From Myxococcota bacterium (lineage in GTDB: Bacteria > Myxococcota_A > UBA796 > SXON01): 64,000 nt of DNA. The notes below the pieces were generated by a model. That model was not told where the DNA came from, ran no database searches, and saw only the letters and a list, made by a program, of their open reading frames with translations. Shown one piece after another: positions 8,856 through 18,896 of the stretch. The stretch covers positions 95,047 to 159,046 of the forward strand of contig JAZKFH010000024.1 of assembly GCA_040386535.1 (NCBI GenBank). Reading direction: 5' to 3'. The first letter of the stretch is position 1; each line of letters starts with the position of its first letter. The position numbers and the translations under genes were made by a program.

Positions 8856-11483
8856 CTACGGGCAGCTGTGCCCGTCGATCCCGGGGGTGCCGAACTCGCG
8901 GGCGGAGGCGCTCGCGTAGTACCAATCGAAGAACGCGTTGTTGGTCGTCGAGCACCACGCGTCGATCGAGTCGTTCTCGGTCGCGTCGAACGCGCTCGGA
9001 TCGAGCTGCATCGAGCGCGAGGCGTCGCGCGGCCAGTAGCCGGCGGCCTCGCTGTAGGTCCACGCCACCTCGTCGATGAGCAGACCGCTCGTCGCGTCGC
9101 CGTTGGCGTAGATTGCCAACGAATCCGTGTCACGTTGCAGGTTGAACGTATTGTCGGCGTACGTACCCGCGTAGGTGGACGCCGCGGTCTCGTCGCCCCA
9201 GTAATAGTCGCACGGGTCCATGAAGCTGTAGGAGGTCGACGACGACACGAAGTTGTCGGTCTTGCAGAACACCGCGTAGTCACCCGCCGCGATCACGACG
9301 CCGTCGGCGGGATCGATGTACCAGGCGTCGGCCGCGAGCGTGCTGGAGTAGCGACGGATGTACCAGTCCGACAGGTCGATGTCGGTGGCGGTCGTGTTGT
9401 ACAGCTCGAACCACTGGGCGTTGGTGTTGGTCGAGGACCCGCCGACGCGCGGCTGCCGGGTGATCTCGGTGATGATGACATCACCCATGGCGATGAAGTC
9501 CTCGTCGGAGAGGCCGTCGCAGTCGTTGTCGACGCCGTCGTCCAGCTCAGACGCGCCGGGGTTGCTGGTGCTGTCCCCGTCGTCACAGTCCTCGATCTCG
9601 TCGGTGTACCCGGAGGGCATGTCGCAGGACACGGTGGTGGTCGTGGAGACGCCGTATCCGTCGGCGTCCACGTCGCGGTACCAGGTGCTCGAGCCGGTCG
9701 CGCCCGACTCGTCCACCGCGTCGTCGCAGTCGTTGTCGCGGTCGTCGCAGGTCTCGACCGCGGCCGGGTTCACGGCGGCGTCGCCGTCGTCACAGTCACG
9801 GAAGTCGGAGACGTAGCCGTCGCCGACGGCGCACGCGATCTCGGTGGCGCCCTCGTCGCCGTAGCCATCGCCGTCGCCGTCCGCGTACACGGTGATGCCG
9901 CCCGTCGGGCTGTCGTCGATCGCGCCGTCGCAGTCCTGATCCGCGCCGTCGCAGGTCTCGGTGGCGCCGGGGTAGGTGCCCGCGCTCGCGTCGTTGCAGT
10001 CGGTGGCGGTCGCGACGTAGCCGGCGGGAGCGTCGCATGCGGCCAACGTGTCCGTCGCATCGCCGAAGCCGTCGCTGTCGCCGTCCCCGTACCAGGTAGA
10101 CGCGTCGGTCGCGTTGTCGTCCGCCGCGCCGTCACAGTCGTCGTCGAAGCCGTCACACGTCTCGGCGGCGCCGGGGTACACGGTCCGGTCGGTGTCGTTG
10201 CAGTCGGTGTCGGCGGCGACGAAGCCCGCGGGCTGGTCGCACGCGGTGGCGGACCCGGAGGGATCGCCGTAGCCGTCGACGTCGGCGTCGATGTACCAGG
10301 ACGAGGCGTCGGTGGCGGTCGACTCGTCGGTGGCGCCGTCACAGTTGTTGTCGAGCCCGTCGCAGCGCTCGTTCGCCGCGGGACTCGCCGTGGCGGTCGT
10401 GTCGTCGCAGTCGGTCCCGTCCGCGACATAGCCACCGACGACGTCGCAGGAGCGGACATCCGCCGAGGGATCGCCGTAGCCGTCCGCGTCCCTGTCCGCG
10501 TAGAGCGTCATCGCGTCGGGGGAGTCGGTGTCGATCTCCGCGTCGCAGTCGTTGTCGACCCCGTCGCAGAGCTCGGTGGCGCCGGGCGACGAGGCCGCGT
10601 CGGCGTCGTCACAGTCGGTGCCATCCTCGACGTAGCCGGCGGGGGCGCCGCAGGCCTCGACGGACACCGCGAGGTCGCCGTAGCCGTCGGCGTCCGCGTC
10701 CCCGTAGTAGGTCCGGGCGTCCGGCGAGCCCTCGTCGACGCTCGCGTCGCAGTTGTTGTCCTTCAGGTCGCAGAGCTCGGTCGCGCCCGGGAAGGTCAAC
10801 GCGTCCGTGTCGTCGCAGTCGGTCGCGTCGTCCACCGTGCCCTCGACGTCGTCGCACACGCTCATGCCGGTGCCGACGTCGCCGAAGCCGTCCGCGTCGG
10901 CGTCGGTGTAGACCGTGCGCCCGTCGATCGCGTCGAGGTCCACGCCGCCGTCGCAGTCGTTGTCGAGGCCGTCACACACCTCGTCCGCCGCGGGGGACAA
11001 CGCGGGGTTGGTGTCGTCGCAGTCCTCGTCGTTGCTCGCCGTGCCGACGGGGAGCTCGCAGTAGGTGCCGAGGGCCGCGCCGGTGCCGAAGCCGTCGGCG
11101 TCGGCGTCGAGGTAGGCGCTGAACTCGCCGCCCTCGTCGATCTCGCCGTCGCAGTCGTTGTCGATGTCGTCGCACACGTCCGTGGCGCCCGGCGAGATGT
11201 CGCCGTTCTCGTCGTCACAGTCCGCGTCGGCGTCGTACCCGTCCTCGTCCTGGTCGAAGTCGCTCGCCTCGTCGCAGTCCTGGTCCACCCCGTCGTACCA
11301 GACCTCGTCCGCGCCCGGGTAGACCGAGGCGTCGTCGTCGTCACAGTCGCCCGTCGCGGTGGTGTAGCCGTCGGCGTCGGCGTCGGCGGAGATCACCGGG
11401 TCGGTGTCGGTGTCACCAGAGTCCTTGTCGGGACCGTCGCACCCGACGAAGATCGCGGCGAGGAGGAGAGGGATCAGGCGCAT
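8856..11483 (-). CDS. Surface lipoprotein with 10 MopE-like (PF11617-type) Asp/Cys repeats and C-terminal lamin-tail-like domain
   Basis: FVGC lipobox; repeats DCDD..PGA.E.CDG.DNDCDG; C-terminal IITEI...QWFELYNTT...IDLSDW...GTPG. Confidence 0.75.
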   Translation of the reverse strand: MRLIPLLLAAIFVGCDGPDKDSGDTDTDPVISADADADGYTTATGDCDDDDASVYPGADEVWYDGVDQDCDEASDFDQDEDGYDADADCDDENGDISPGATDVCDDIDNDCDGEIDEGGEFSAYLDADADGFGTGAALGTYCELPVGTASNDEDCDDTNPALSPAADEVCDGLDNDCDGGVDLDAIDGRTVYTDADADGFGDVGTGMSVCDDVEGTVDDATDCDDTDALTFPGATELCDLKDNNCDASVDEGSPDARTYYGDADADGYGDLAVSVEACGAPAGYVEDGTDCDDADAASSPGATELCDGVDNDCDAEIDTDSPDAMTLYADRDADGYGDPSADVRSCDVVGGYVADGTDCDDTTATASPAANERCDGLDNNCDGATDESTATDASSWYIDADVDGYGDPSGSATACDQPAGFVAADTDCNDTDRTVYPGAAETCDGFDDDCDGAADDNATDASTWYGDGDSDGFGDATDTLAACDAPAGYVATATDCNDASAGTYPGATETCDGADQDCDGAIDDSPTGGITVYADGDGDGYGDEGATEIACAVGDGYVSDFRDCDDGDAAVNPAAVETCDDRDNDCDDAVDESGATGSSTWYRDVDADGYGVSTTTTVSCDMPSGYTDEIEDCDDGDSTSNPGASELDDGVDNDCDGLSDEDFIAMGDVIITEITRQPRVGGSSTNTNAQWFELYNTTATDIDLSDWYIRRYSSTLAADAWYIDPADGVVIAAGDYAVFCKTDNFVSSSTSYSFMDPCDYYWGDETAASTYAGTYADNTFNLQRDTDSLAIYANGDATSGLLIDEVAWTYSEAAGYWPRDASRSMQLDPSAFDATENDSIDAWCSTTNNAFFDWYYASASAREFGTPGIDGHSCP

Positions 11484-11560
11484 GGGATCTCCAGGATCGG
11501 AAGGAGAGGCACGGGACGTTCGATACGGAAAGTGAAGGCGAGCGGATCAGGGGCACTCGC

Positions 11561-14179
11561 CTAGGGACAGTCATAGTTGGCGGCGCCGGGCGTGCCGTAC
11601 TCGACCGCGGTGGCGCTCGCGTAGTACCAGCGGTACGCGCTGGTGTTGGTGGTCGAGCACCAGTGCGTCAGGTCGTCGTTGTCGGTCCCGTCGAGGAAGG
11701 CGGGGTCGAGCGAGAGCGAGCGCTGCGCGTCGCGCGGCCAGTAGCCGTCCGTCGCGTCGTAGGTCCAGTGCACGTCGTCCACGAGCGTGCCCGTGGTCGT
11801 GTCCCCGTCGATCCACACGGAGAGGGTGTCCTCGTCGCGTTGGAGGCTGAACGTGTTGTCGTGGTAGGTGCCCTCGTAGGTCGAGGCGCGGGAGGCGTCC
11901 CCCCACGTGTAGTCGCACACCAACGTGCTCGAAGCGGTCGAGGCGGCGGTGTAGGTCGTCGTCTTGCAGAACACCGCGTAGTCGCCCGCGCCGAGCACCA
12001 CGCTGTCGGCGGGGTCGACGTAGAAGCTGTCCCGCACACCGACGCCCGCGTAGCGGGACACGTACCAATTGGACAGGTCGATGTCGCGGTCGGAGTTGTT
12101 GTAGAGCTCGAACCACGCGCCGTTGGTGTTGGTCGCGGCGGCGCCGAAGCGCGGCTGACGTGTCACCTCGCTGACGATGATGTCGCCCAGGCCGACGAAG
12201 TCCTCGTCGACGAAGCCGTCGCAGTCGTTGTCGGCCAGGTCGTCGGCCTCGGGCGCCGCGGGGAAGCTGGTGCCGTCGGTGTCGTCGCAGTCCGTCGCGT
12301 CGTTCGCGTAGCCAACCGGCAGGTCGCAGGCGCTGGTCGTGGCGGTCGAGACGCCGTGCCCGTCCCCGTCCGCGTCGATGTACCAGGTGGTCTCGCCGAT
12401 CGCGCCGGACTCGTCCGCGGCGCCGTCGCAGTCGTCGTCGCGATCGTTGCAGGACTCGGCGGCGCCGGGGTTGACCGCCCCGAGGCTGTCGTCACAATCG
12501 TCCGCCGAGGCCGTGAAGCCCGAGGGCGCCGCGCACGCCGAGAGGCTGGTGGCGGCGGTGCCGTAGCCGTCGGCGTCCGTGTCCGCGTACCAGGTGGCGG
12601 CGTCGGCCGCAGCGTCCTCGTCCACCGTGCCGTCGCAGTTGTTGTCGGCGGTGTCACACACCTCGACGCCGGCGGGGTTGTTGGTCGCGCTCGCGTCGTC
12701 ACAATCGTCGGCATTGGTGACATACCCGCGCACGCTGCGGCACGAGGCGGTCGTGACCGCGGGATCACCGTACCCGTCGGTGTCCGCGTCGGCGAAGTAG
12801 CTCGTCGCGTCCGCCGCATCGTCGTCCGCGACGGCGTCACAATCGTCGTCCAGGCCGTTGCAGGTCTCGATCGCGTCGGGATGCACGAGCGAGTTGGCAT
12901 CGTCGCAGTCGTCCCCCGTCTCGGCGTAGCCGGCGGGGAGGCCGCAGGACGAGACCGACAGGTCGGCGTCGCCGTAGCCGTCGGAGTCCGCGTCGTCATA
13001 GTAGGTGCGCTCGTCGAGCGCGCCGTCGTCGATGGCGCCGTCGCAATCGTTGTCCTCGAGGTCACACACCTCGTTCGCCCCCACGAACGTGAGCGCGTCC
13101 GCGTCGTCGCAGTCGGTCGCGTCGTCGACGTAGCCCTCGGGCTGCGCGCACGCGGAGGTCGACACCGCCTCGTCGCCGAAGCCGTCCGCGTCGGCATCGA
13201 CATACCACTCGGTGAAGGCGAGGCCGTCGTCCGCGGCGGTGGAGCAGTCGTTGTCCAGCCCGTCGCAGATCTCGACCGCGGCGGGGTTCACGGCGGCGGA
13301 CGTGTCGTCACAGTCGGTGAAGTCCTCGATCCGCCCCTCGATCGGGTCACACGAGCGCACCGCGGTCGTGATGTCGCCGAATCCGTCCGCGTCCGCGTCC
13401 ACGTAGTACGCGGTCCCGTCCACAGGGTCGTTCGCGACGTTTCCATCGCAGTCCCGATCCAACTCGTCACACAATTCGTCGGCGGCGGGGTTCACGTCGG
13501 CCGCGGCGTCGTCGCAGTCGGTCGCGTCGGCCACGAAGCCGTCGGGGGTGCGGCACGAGAGGACCGACTCGGCGGCGCTCCCGAAGCCGTCGGCATCGGC
13601 GTCCCGGTAGTAGGGCACCTCGTCCGGGCTGCCCTCGTTGACCGCGCCGTCACAGTCGTTGTCGAGGTCGTCACAAATCTCGTCCGCGCCCGGGTACACG
13701 GTGGCCTGGGCGTCGTCACAATCGTCGTCCACGGGGGCGTAGCCGTCGGGGAGCACGCCACAGTAGGTGGTCTCGGCGCCGGGGGCCCCGTAGCCGTCGA
13801 GGTCGGCGTCGAGATACGCGATCTCGCCGTCGGTCGCGCCGATGTCGACCAGGCCGTCACAATCGTTGTCCGCCTCGTCGCAGACCTCGGTCCCGTCGGG
13901 GTTGATCGTGGCATCCCGATCGTCGCAGTCATCACCCACGACGAAGCCGTCGAGGTCCTGGTCGGTGTCGTTGCCGTCGCAATTCTGGTCGATGCCGTCG
14001 TACCAGGTCTCGGCGATGTCCGGGTTGACCAGCTCGTCCCCGTCGTCGCAATCGCCTCCGGCCACGGTGAAGCCGTCCTGATCCGTGTCGTCGGTGGATG
14101 CCGCGCCCGTGTCGTCCGCGCCCTTGTCCGTGCAGGCGACGATGAACAGGGCGAACAACGAGAGGGTCAGCGTCTTCAT
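11561..14179 (-). CDS. Paralogous surface lipoprotein with 10 MopE-like repeats and lamin-tail-like domain
   Basis: Real start at ATG 14179 (MKTLTLSLFALFIVAC); same architecture as 8856-11483 with a highly similar C-terminal domain. Confidence 0.75.
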   Translation of the reverse strand: MKTLTLSLFALFIVACTDKGADDTGAASTDDTDQDGFTVAGGDCDDGDELVNPDIAETWYDGIDQNCDGNDTDQDLDGFVVGDDCDDRDATINPDGTEVCDEADNDCDGLVDIGATDGEIAYLDADLDGYGAPGAETTYCGVLPDGYAPVDDDCDDAQATVYPGADEICDDLDNDCDGAVNEGSPDEVPYYRDADADGFGSAAESVLSCRTPDGFVADATDCDDAAADVNPAADELCDELDRDCDGNVANDPVDGTAYYVDADADGFGDITTAVRSCDPIEGRIEDFTDCDDTSAAVNPAAVEICDGLDNDCSTAADDGLAFTEWYVDADADGFGDEAVSTSACAQPEGYVDDATDCDDADALTFVGANEVCDLEDNDCDGAIDDGALDERTYYDDADSDGYGDADLSVSSCGLPAGYAETGDDCDDANSLVHPDAIETCNGLDDDCDAVADDDAADATSYFADADTDGYGDPAVTTASCRSVRGYVTNADDCDDASATNNPAGVEVCDTADNNCDGTVDEDAAADAATWYADTDADGYGTAATSLSACAAPSGFTASADDCDDSLGAVNPGAAESCNDRDDDCDGAADESGAIGETTWYIDADGDGHGVSTATTSACDLPVGYANDATDCDDTDGTSFPAAPEADDLADNDCDGFVDEDFVGLGDIIVSEVTRQPRFGAAATNTNGAWFELYNNSDRDIDLSNWYVSRYAGVGVRDSFYVDPADSVVLGAGDYAVFCKTTTYTAASTASSTLVCDYTWGDASRASTYEGTYHDNTFSLQRDEDTLSVWIDGDTTTGTLVDDVHWTYDATDGYWPRDAQRSLSLDPAFLDGTDNDDLTHWCSTTNTSAYRWYYASATAVEYGTPGAANYDCP

Positions 14180-14235
14180 GGTGCCTGGGGGCGAGGGCGG
14201 CCACCATAGCAGAAGCCCGCGGACCGTGGAACCAA

Positions 14236-14787
14236 TCAACCAATCCGATCGCCACCCCGCGCGAAGAGCGGATGTGCCAGAAGATGGATCCACCCGTAGT
14301 GCAGGCCCGCCGCGGTGCCGAACAGGCCGGTGAGCACGGTGGGGACGAGCGCGTCGCCATCGAGCAGGACCGTGACCACGGACACCGCGAGGAGCACGGC
14401 GGTGACACGCCCGAGCAGGCTGGTGCGGGGCGCGGGCCCCCGCCCCGTGCGGAAGTTGTGCATCAGCACGGGGTGCATCACGACTTGGATGAGCTCGCGG
14501 CTGAACCACGCGAGCATCCACCAATCCGGCATGCGATCGAGCACCGCGAGGGTCCACCCGAGGTTGACGTGGAGGGTCTTGTCCACCCACCCGTCGAACG
14601 CCGCGCCGGCGGCCGAGGCGGTGCCCGTGCGGCGCGCCACCGCGCCGTCGACCACGTCCGTGAGCAGCGCGAACAGGTACACCCAGAGGCCCCACTGCGT
14701 CGGGACCACGAAGGGCATGGCGGCGGCGAGGAGGAGCCGGGAGAACGTCAGCGCGCCCGCGACGTTGAGGAGCTGGCGCAGCTGCAT
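14236..14787 (-). CDS. CDP-alcohol phosphatidyltransferase family protein
   Basis: Signature D-xx-DG-xx-AR-x8-G-xxx-D-xxx-D (TDVVDGAVARRTG...GAAFDGWVDK). Confidence 0.85.
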   Translation of the reverse strand: MQLRQLLNVAGALTFSRLLLAAAMPFVVPTQWGLWVYLFALLTDVVDGAVARRTGTASAAGAAFDGWVDKTLHVNLGWTLAVLDRMPDWWMLAWFSRELIQVVMHPVLMHNFRTGRGPAPRTSLLGRVTAVLLAVSVVTVLLDGDALVPTVLTGLFGTAAGLHYGWIHLLAHPLFARGGDRIG

Positions 14788-14836
14788 GGGCCCCGATCCC
14801 TACCCCGTGCGCCTCCGCCCCGCGTAGAATGTGACG

Positions 14837-17428
14837 ATGCTGTTGCACCTCCTCGCGTGCGCCGACAAGACGCTCGACGACACTGCGCCCGTCCCTCCCG
14901 ATCTGACCGAACGCCTGGCCGCCGACGAGGTGCGCGCGGGCGTGATCACCGACGTGGCGTCGCTCTTCGGCGGCATCTCCGCGGAGGGCGCGGTCGGCGA
15001 CATCAAGCTCTACAACGACCGCGTCCAGTTCGTGATCGAGGCCGTCGGCGACAGCGGCTACTACGTCGAGTACGGCGGCGGCCTGATCGACGCGGACATC
15101 GTGCGCGCCGAGGGCGTGCCCGGCCGCGACATGGTCGACGAGATCACGCCGATGGTGGGGCTCGGCCGCGTCGTGAACGCCACGAGCGTCACCGTGCTGC
15201 AGGACGGCGCGAGCGGCGAGGCCGTGGTGCGCGTCGAGGGCCCCGCCGCGCCGATGCAGCTCATCACGGGCGCGCTGGAGAGCCCCTCGGTGGTGCCCGA
15301 CCTCGATCTGCGCGTCCGGACCGACTACACGCTCGCCCCGCGCGCGTGGACGCTGAAGGCCACCACCACGGTGTGGAGCGACGAAGGCGAGCCGGTCGAC
15401 CTGTACGTCGGCCAGGTGGCGCTGATGGCGTCGGACGTGTCCGAGGCGTGGCGCCCCGGGGACGGCCGGGAGGACGCCTCGGGCGACGACGTCGACGTGG
15501 TCGGCGCCGTGGGCCTGAAGAACGAGGTCGCGTTCGTGCTGGCGGGGGACGGCGCGCCGCTCGAGAGCGGGACCGTCGGCCGCCTCCTCGGCGCGATCAC
15601 GCCCGCGCTCGTCGGCTTCGGCCCCAGCACGACGCTGCCCCCGGGTGAGTCGATGACCTGGTCCAGCTGGCTCGGCGTCGGCCCGGACATCGCCACGCTG
15701 ACCGCGGAGAACCTCGGCCGCGGCACCGTGGCGACCCAGACCGTCGCCGGCACGGTCACCGCCGGCGGAGCCCCCGTGGCGGGCGCCCGCGTGCACGTCC
15801 TCGACGGCGCCGGCGCCCCGATCACCCTCGCCTTCACCGACACCGCGGGCGCCTGGAGCGCCACGGTGCCCGCCGGCCCGGTCTCCTTCGTGGCCTCTGG
15901 GCGCGGAAGCTCCCTCCAGATCGATCTCCCCGCGGGCGCGGGGTGGTACTCCCCCTACGACGCCGATCCCACCGTCACCCTCGCCTCGCTCGCCTCGGGC
16001 GCCGAGGGCCCGGCGTTCGCCGAGGGCTACGGCTTCTCCGCGGCGAGCACCGATCCCGATCTCGTCCTCGTCGAGCCCGGCACGTTGCTGGTGACCGTGG
16101 CGGACGGAGGCTCCGCGGTCGTGTACGCGGCGTACCCGACGGGTGATGCCGTCGTGGCCGACGCGCGGCTCGTGCCCGGCCGGCCCAGCGGCCATGCCGC
16201 CATCGGCTTCATCCGCGACGGCGAGCTGGGCCTGCGTCTGGAGCCGGGCACCTACGACGTGGTCGTGTACCGCGGCGCGCGCGACGAGCTGGTGCGTGCC
16301 TCCGTCACCATCGCGAGCGGCGAGACCGTTCCGCTCACCGCCGACATCGTGCCCGCCTACACGCTCGACGGCGTCATCACCATCGATCCGCACAGCCACG
16401 CCTCGCCCAGCAGCGACGCGAGCATCAGCATGGCCGACCGTCTGATCGTGACGGCCGCCAACGGGGTCGACGTGCACGTCGGCACCGATCACGACCACAC
16501 GGTCGACTACCGCCCGCTCCTCGCGCCGCTCGGGCTCGACGGGCGCCTCGTGAGCGTCGTCGCGACCGAGGTGAGCCCGGTCCTGCGCGGGCACTTCAAC
16601 ACGTGGCCCGGCACGGTCACGCCGGGCGCCACGAACGGCGGCGCGCCGCGGTGGTGGTTCGGGTACGTCGACACCGCCGAGATCTTCGGGTGGATGCGCA
16701 CGATGGTGGGCGAGGAGGGCATCGTCCAGGCGAACCACCCCGTCGGCTCGAGCGGGATGTTCACGCTCGCGGGCTACGACGGCAACGGCAGCGTGAACAC
16801 GCCCGACCACTGGTCCGACGACTTCGACGCGATGGAGCTCCTCAACGACGGGGACTGGGAGGACAACCTCCCCTACTACCTCGACCTCGTCTCCCGCGGC
16901 CGCGTCGTCACCCCCGTGGGCGTGAGCGACTCGCACGCGCACATGTCCGGCGGCGTGGGCCTGAACCTGACGTTCCTCAACACGGGGACGCCCCTCGCCG
17001 GCATCGACGACGATCTCCTCCGCGCCACCATGCACGCGCGCGGCACCGTCGTGAGCCACGGTCCGTACATCGACGCGCGGATCGGCGGGGAGTGGGCGCC
17101 GGGCGCCACCGTCTCGTCCGGGAGCGTCCTGACGGTCGACGTGCGCGCGCCGAGCTGGATGCCCGTCGAGACCCTCACCCTCTACGAGGACGGCGTGCCC
17201 GTCGCGACCGAGGCCTGCCTGGGCGCGGCGCCGACGCCGTGCTCCGCGTCGTGGCCGCTGGCGCCCGCGGCCGACGCGTTCTACGTCGTGATCGCGGCAA
17301 GCACGACCCTCGCGATGGAAGGCGCCCACGCCGGCAACCTCGCGTGGGCGGCCACCGCGGCCACCTTCGTGGACGTGGACGGCGACGGGTGGACCCCGCC
17401 GCGCGCGCCCATCGAGATCGGCGGATAG
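14837..17428 (+). CDS. Secreted lipoprotein, CehA/McbA-like PHP-fold metallohydrolase with carboxypeptidase-regulatory-like domain
   Basis: MLLHLLAC lipobox; PHP motifs DPHSH, TDHDH, GHFN, NHP and SDSH; alternative start GTG 14831. Confidence 0.7.
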   Translation: MLLHLLACADKTLDDTAPVPPDLTERLAADEVRAGVITDVASLFGGISAEGAVGDIKLYNDRVQFVIEAVGDSGYYVEYGGGLIDADIVRAEGVPGRDMVDEITPMVGLGRVVNATSVTVLQDGASGEAVVRVEGPAAPMQLITGALESPSVVPDLDLRVRTDYTLAPRAWTLKATTTVWSDEGEPVDLYVGQVALMASDVSEAWRPGDGREDASGDDVDVVGAVGLKNEVAFVLAGDGAPLESGTVGRLLGAITPALVGFGPSTTLPPGESMTWSSWLGVGPDIATLTAENLGRGTVATQTVAGTVTAGGAPVAGARVHVLDGAGAPITLAFTDTAGAWSATVPAGPVSFVASGRGSSLQIDLPAGAGWYSPYDADPTVTLASLASGAEGPAFAEGYGFSAASTDPDLVLVEPGTLLVTVADGGSAVVYAAYPTGDAVVADARLVPGRPSGHAAIGFIRDGELGLRLEPGTYDVVVYRGARDELVRASVTIASGETVPLTADIVPAYTLDGVITIDPHSHASPSSDASISMADRLIVTAANGVDVHVGTDHDHTVDYRPLLAPLGLDGRLVSVVATEVSPVLRGHFNTWPGTVTPGATNGGAPRWWFGYVDTAEIFGWMRTMVGEEGIVQANHPVGSSGMFTLAGYDGNGSVNTPDHWSDDFDAMELLNDGDWEDNLPYYLDLVSRGRVVTPVGVSDSHAHMSGGVGLNLTFLNTGTPLAGIDDDLLRATMHARGTVVSHGPYIDARIGGEWAPGATVSSGSVLTVDVRAPSWMPVETLTLYEDGVPVATEACLGAAPTPCSASWPLAPAADAFYVVIAASTTLAMEGAHAGNLAWAATAATFVDVDGDGWTPPRAPIEIGG

Positions 17429-17479
17429 TGTCCCCGCTTCCCGTCCGCCCCCGATAGAACGGCGTCCCCCGGAGTTCCC

Positions 17480-18031
17480 ATGGGTCTCATCCGCTCCCTC
17501 GCGAAGAAGGTCATCGGCAAGGTGGCCGGCCGCGCCGACACCGACGCCGGCCCCCGGGCGTCCACGCCGTCGTCGACCGGATCGGCCGCCGCGCCGTCGG
17601 ACCGGAACGCGCCGCTGGGCTCGGGCCCCACCCTTGTCCGCGCGCACGACCAGGTCGCGGTCGCCGGGGACGAGGAGCCCGTGGTCGAGAACGCCGAGGC
17701 GCTCTCGATGATCGAGTGCTCCGCGCAGGAGATCAAGGAGCGGCTCGACGCCGGCGAGCCCGTCACCGTGCTCGACGTGCGCGAGCCCTCGGAGACCGCG
17801 GGCGGCATCATCCCCGGCGCGCTGCTCATCCCCCTCGGGCAGCTCCGCGCCCGCTGGGAAGAGGTCAAGGACGCCAACGAGATCGTCTGCTACTGCGCCG
17901 CGGGCGCCCGCTCGCTCCAGGCGGCCCACTTCCTCCGCGAGAAGGGGCTGTTCAACGCCACGAGCCTCGACGGGGGCATCTCGGGGTGGATGGAGATCGG
18001 CGGCAAGATCAAGCGGCCTTCCCTCCCGTGA
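17480..18031 (+). CDS. Rhodanese-like domain protein
   Basis: LDVREPSE...IPGALLIPL, YCAAGARS active loop, SLDGGISGW. Confidence 0.85.
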   Translation: MGLIRSLAKKVIGKVAGRADTDAGPRASTPSSTGSAAAPSDRNAPLGSGPTLVRAHDQVAVAGDEEPVVENAEALSMIECSAQEIKERLDAGEPVTVLDVREPSETAGGIIPGALLIPLGQLRARWEEVKDANEIVCYCAAGARSLQAAHFLREKGLFNATSLDGGISGWMEIGGKIKRPSLP

Positions 18032-18816
18032 CCGCTCCCGAGCGCGCGCCGGAGCTGGTGGTCGTCGGGCCGGGGCGCGTCGGGAGCGCCTTTGTGCGCG
18101 CCGCCGAGAAGGCGGGGATCGCCACGGTCGCCGTGGGGCGCGCCGATCAGACCGCCCTCACGACGTCCCACCCCGGCGTCCCCATCGTCGTGTGCACGCG
18201 CGCCGACGATCTCGCGGCGGTCATCGCGGCGACCGCGCCCGAGAACCGCGCCGACCTGGTGTTCGTCCAGAACGGGATGATCCGGCCCCTCCTCACGGCC
18301 CACGGCCTCGCCGAGAACACCCAGGGGCTCGTGTACTTCGCGGCCACCTCGCGCACCGCTCCGGTCGAGCCCGGCGCGCCCAGCCTGTTCTGGGGGCCGC
18401 ACGCCGCCGCGATCGTGGCGATGCTCGCCGCCGACCGCATCCCCGCCCGCGTCGTGACCGATCGCGACGAGTTCGCGCGCGAGATCGGCGCCAAGCTCGC
18501 GTGGAACGTGATCTTCGGCCTGCTCGGCCAGCGCTTCGACCAGCCGGTCGGCGAGACCGTGCGCCGCCGCCGCCCGGAGGTGGTCGCGCTCGCGAAGGAG
18601 ATCGTGCCGGTGCTCGCGCGCGCGCTCGACACGCCGATCCCGGTCCGCCCCCTCGTGGAGGGGCTGCTGGCCTACTCCGCGCGCATCCCGACCTTCCGCG
18701 CCACGGTGAAGGAGCTCGCCTGGCGCAACGGCTGGGTGGCGGGGGCCGCGCGGAGTTTCGGCCTCGCGACGCCGCTGCACGACAAGCTGCTCCGCGAGAC
18801 CGAGCGCCCGCCGTAA
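18028..18816 (+). CDS. Ketopantoate reductase (PanE/ApbA)-like Rossmann-fold protein
   Basis: GTG overlapping the rhodanese stop; GPGRVG, VFVQNG, KLAWN and E..WRNG motifs. Confidence 0.55.
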   Translation: MTAPERAPELVVVGPGRVGSAFVRAAEKAGIATVAVGRADQTALTTSHPGVPIVVCTRADDLAAVIAATAPENRADLVFVQNGMIRPLLTAHGLAENTQGLVYFAATSRTAPVEPGAPSLFWGPHAAAIVAMLAADRIPARVVTDRDEFAREIGAKLAWNVIFGLLGQRFDQPVGETVRRRRPEVVALAKEIVPVLARALDTPIPVRPLVEGLLAYSARIPTFRATVKELAWRNGWVAGAARSFGLATPLHDKLLRETERPP

Positions 18817-18853
18817 GTCAGGAGACGGTCGCGCCGTAAGTCAGGAGACGGTC
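18809..18853. repeat. Tandem duplication of 22 bp (CGCCGTAAGTCAGGAGACGGTC x2, period 23)
   Basis: Identical copies at 18809-18830 and 18832-18853, the first spanning the stop codon. Confidence 0.9.
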
Positions 18854-18896
18854 CAGGCCGAGGTCGACCGCGAGGTGGTGCGCTATACTCCGCGCC

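Noticed and set aside
11561..17929. 2122-aa minus-strand ORF suggesting a giant protein
   Set aside because: The upstream part is the antisense shadow of real plus-strand genes and also overlaps another minus-strand gene; a signal peptide marks the true start at 14179
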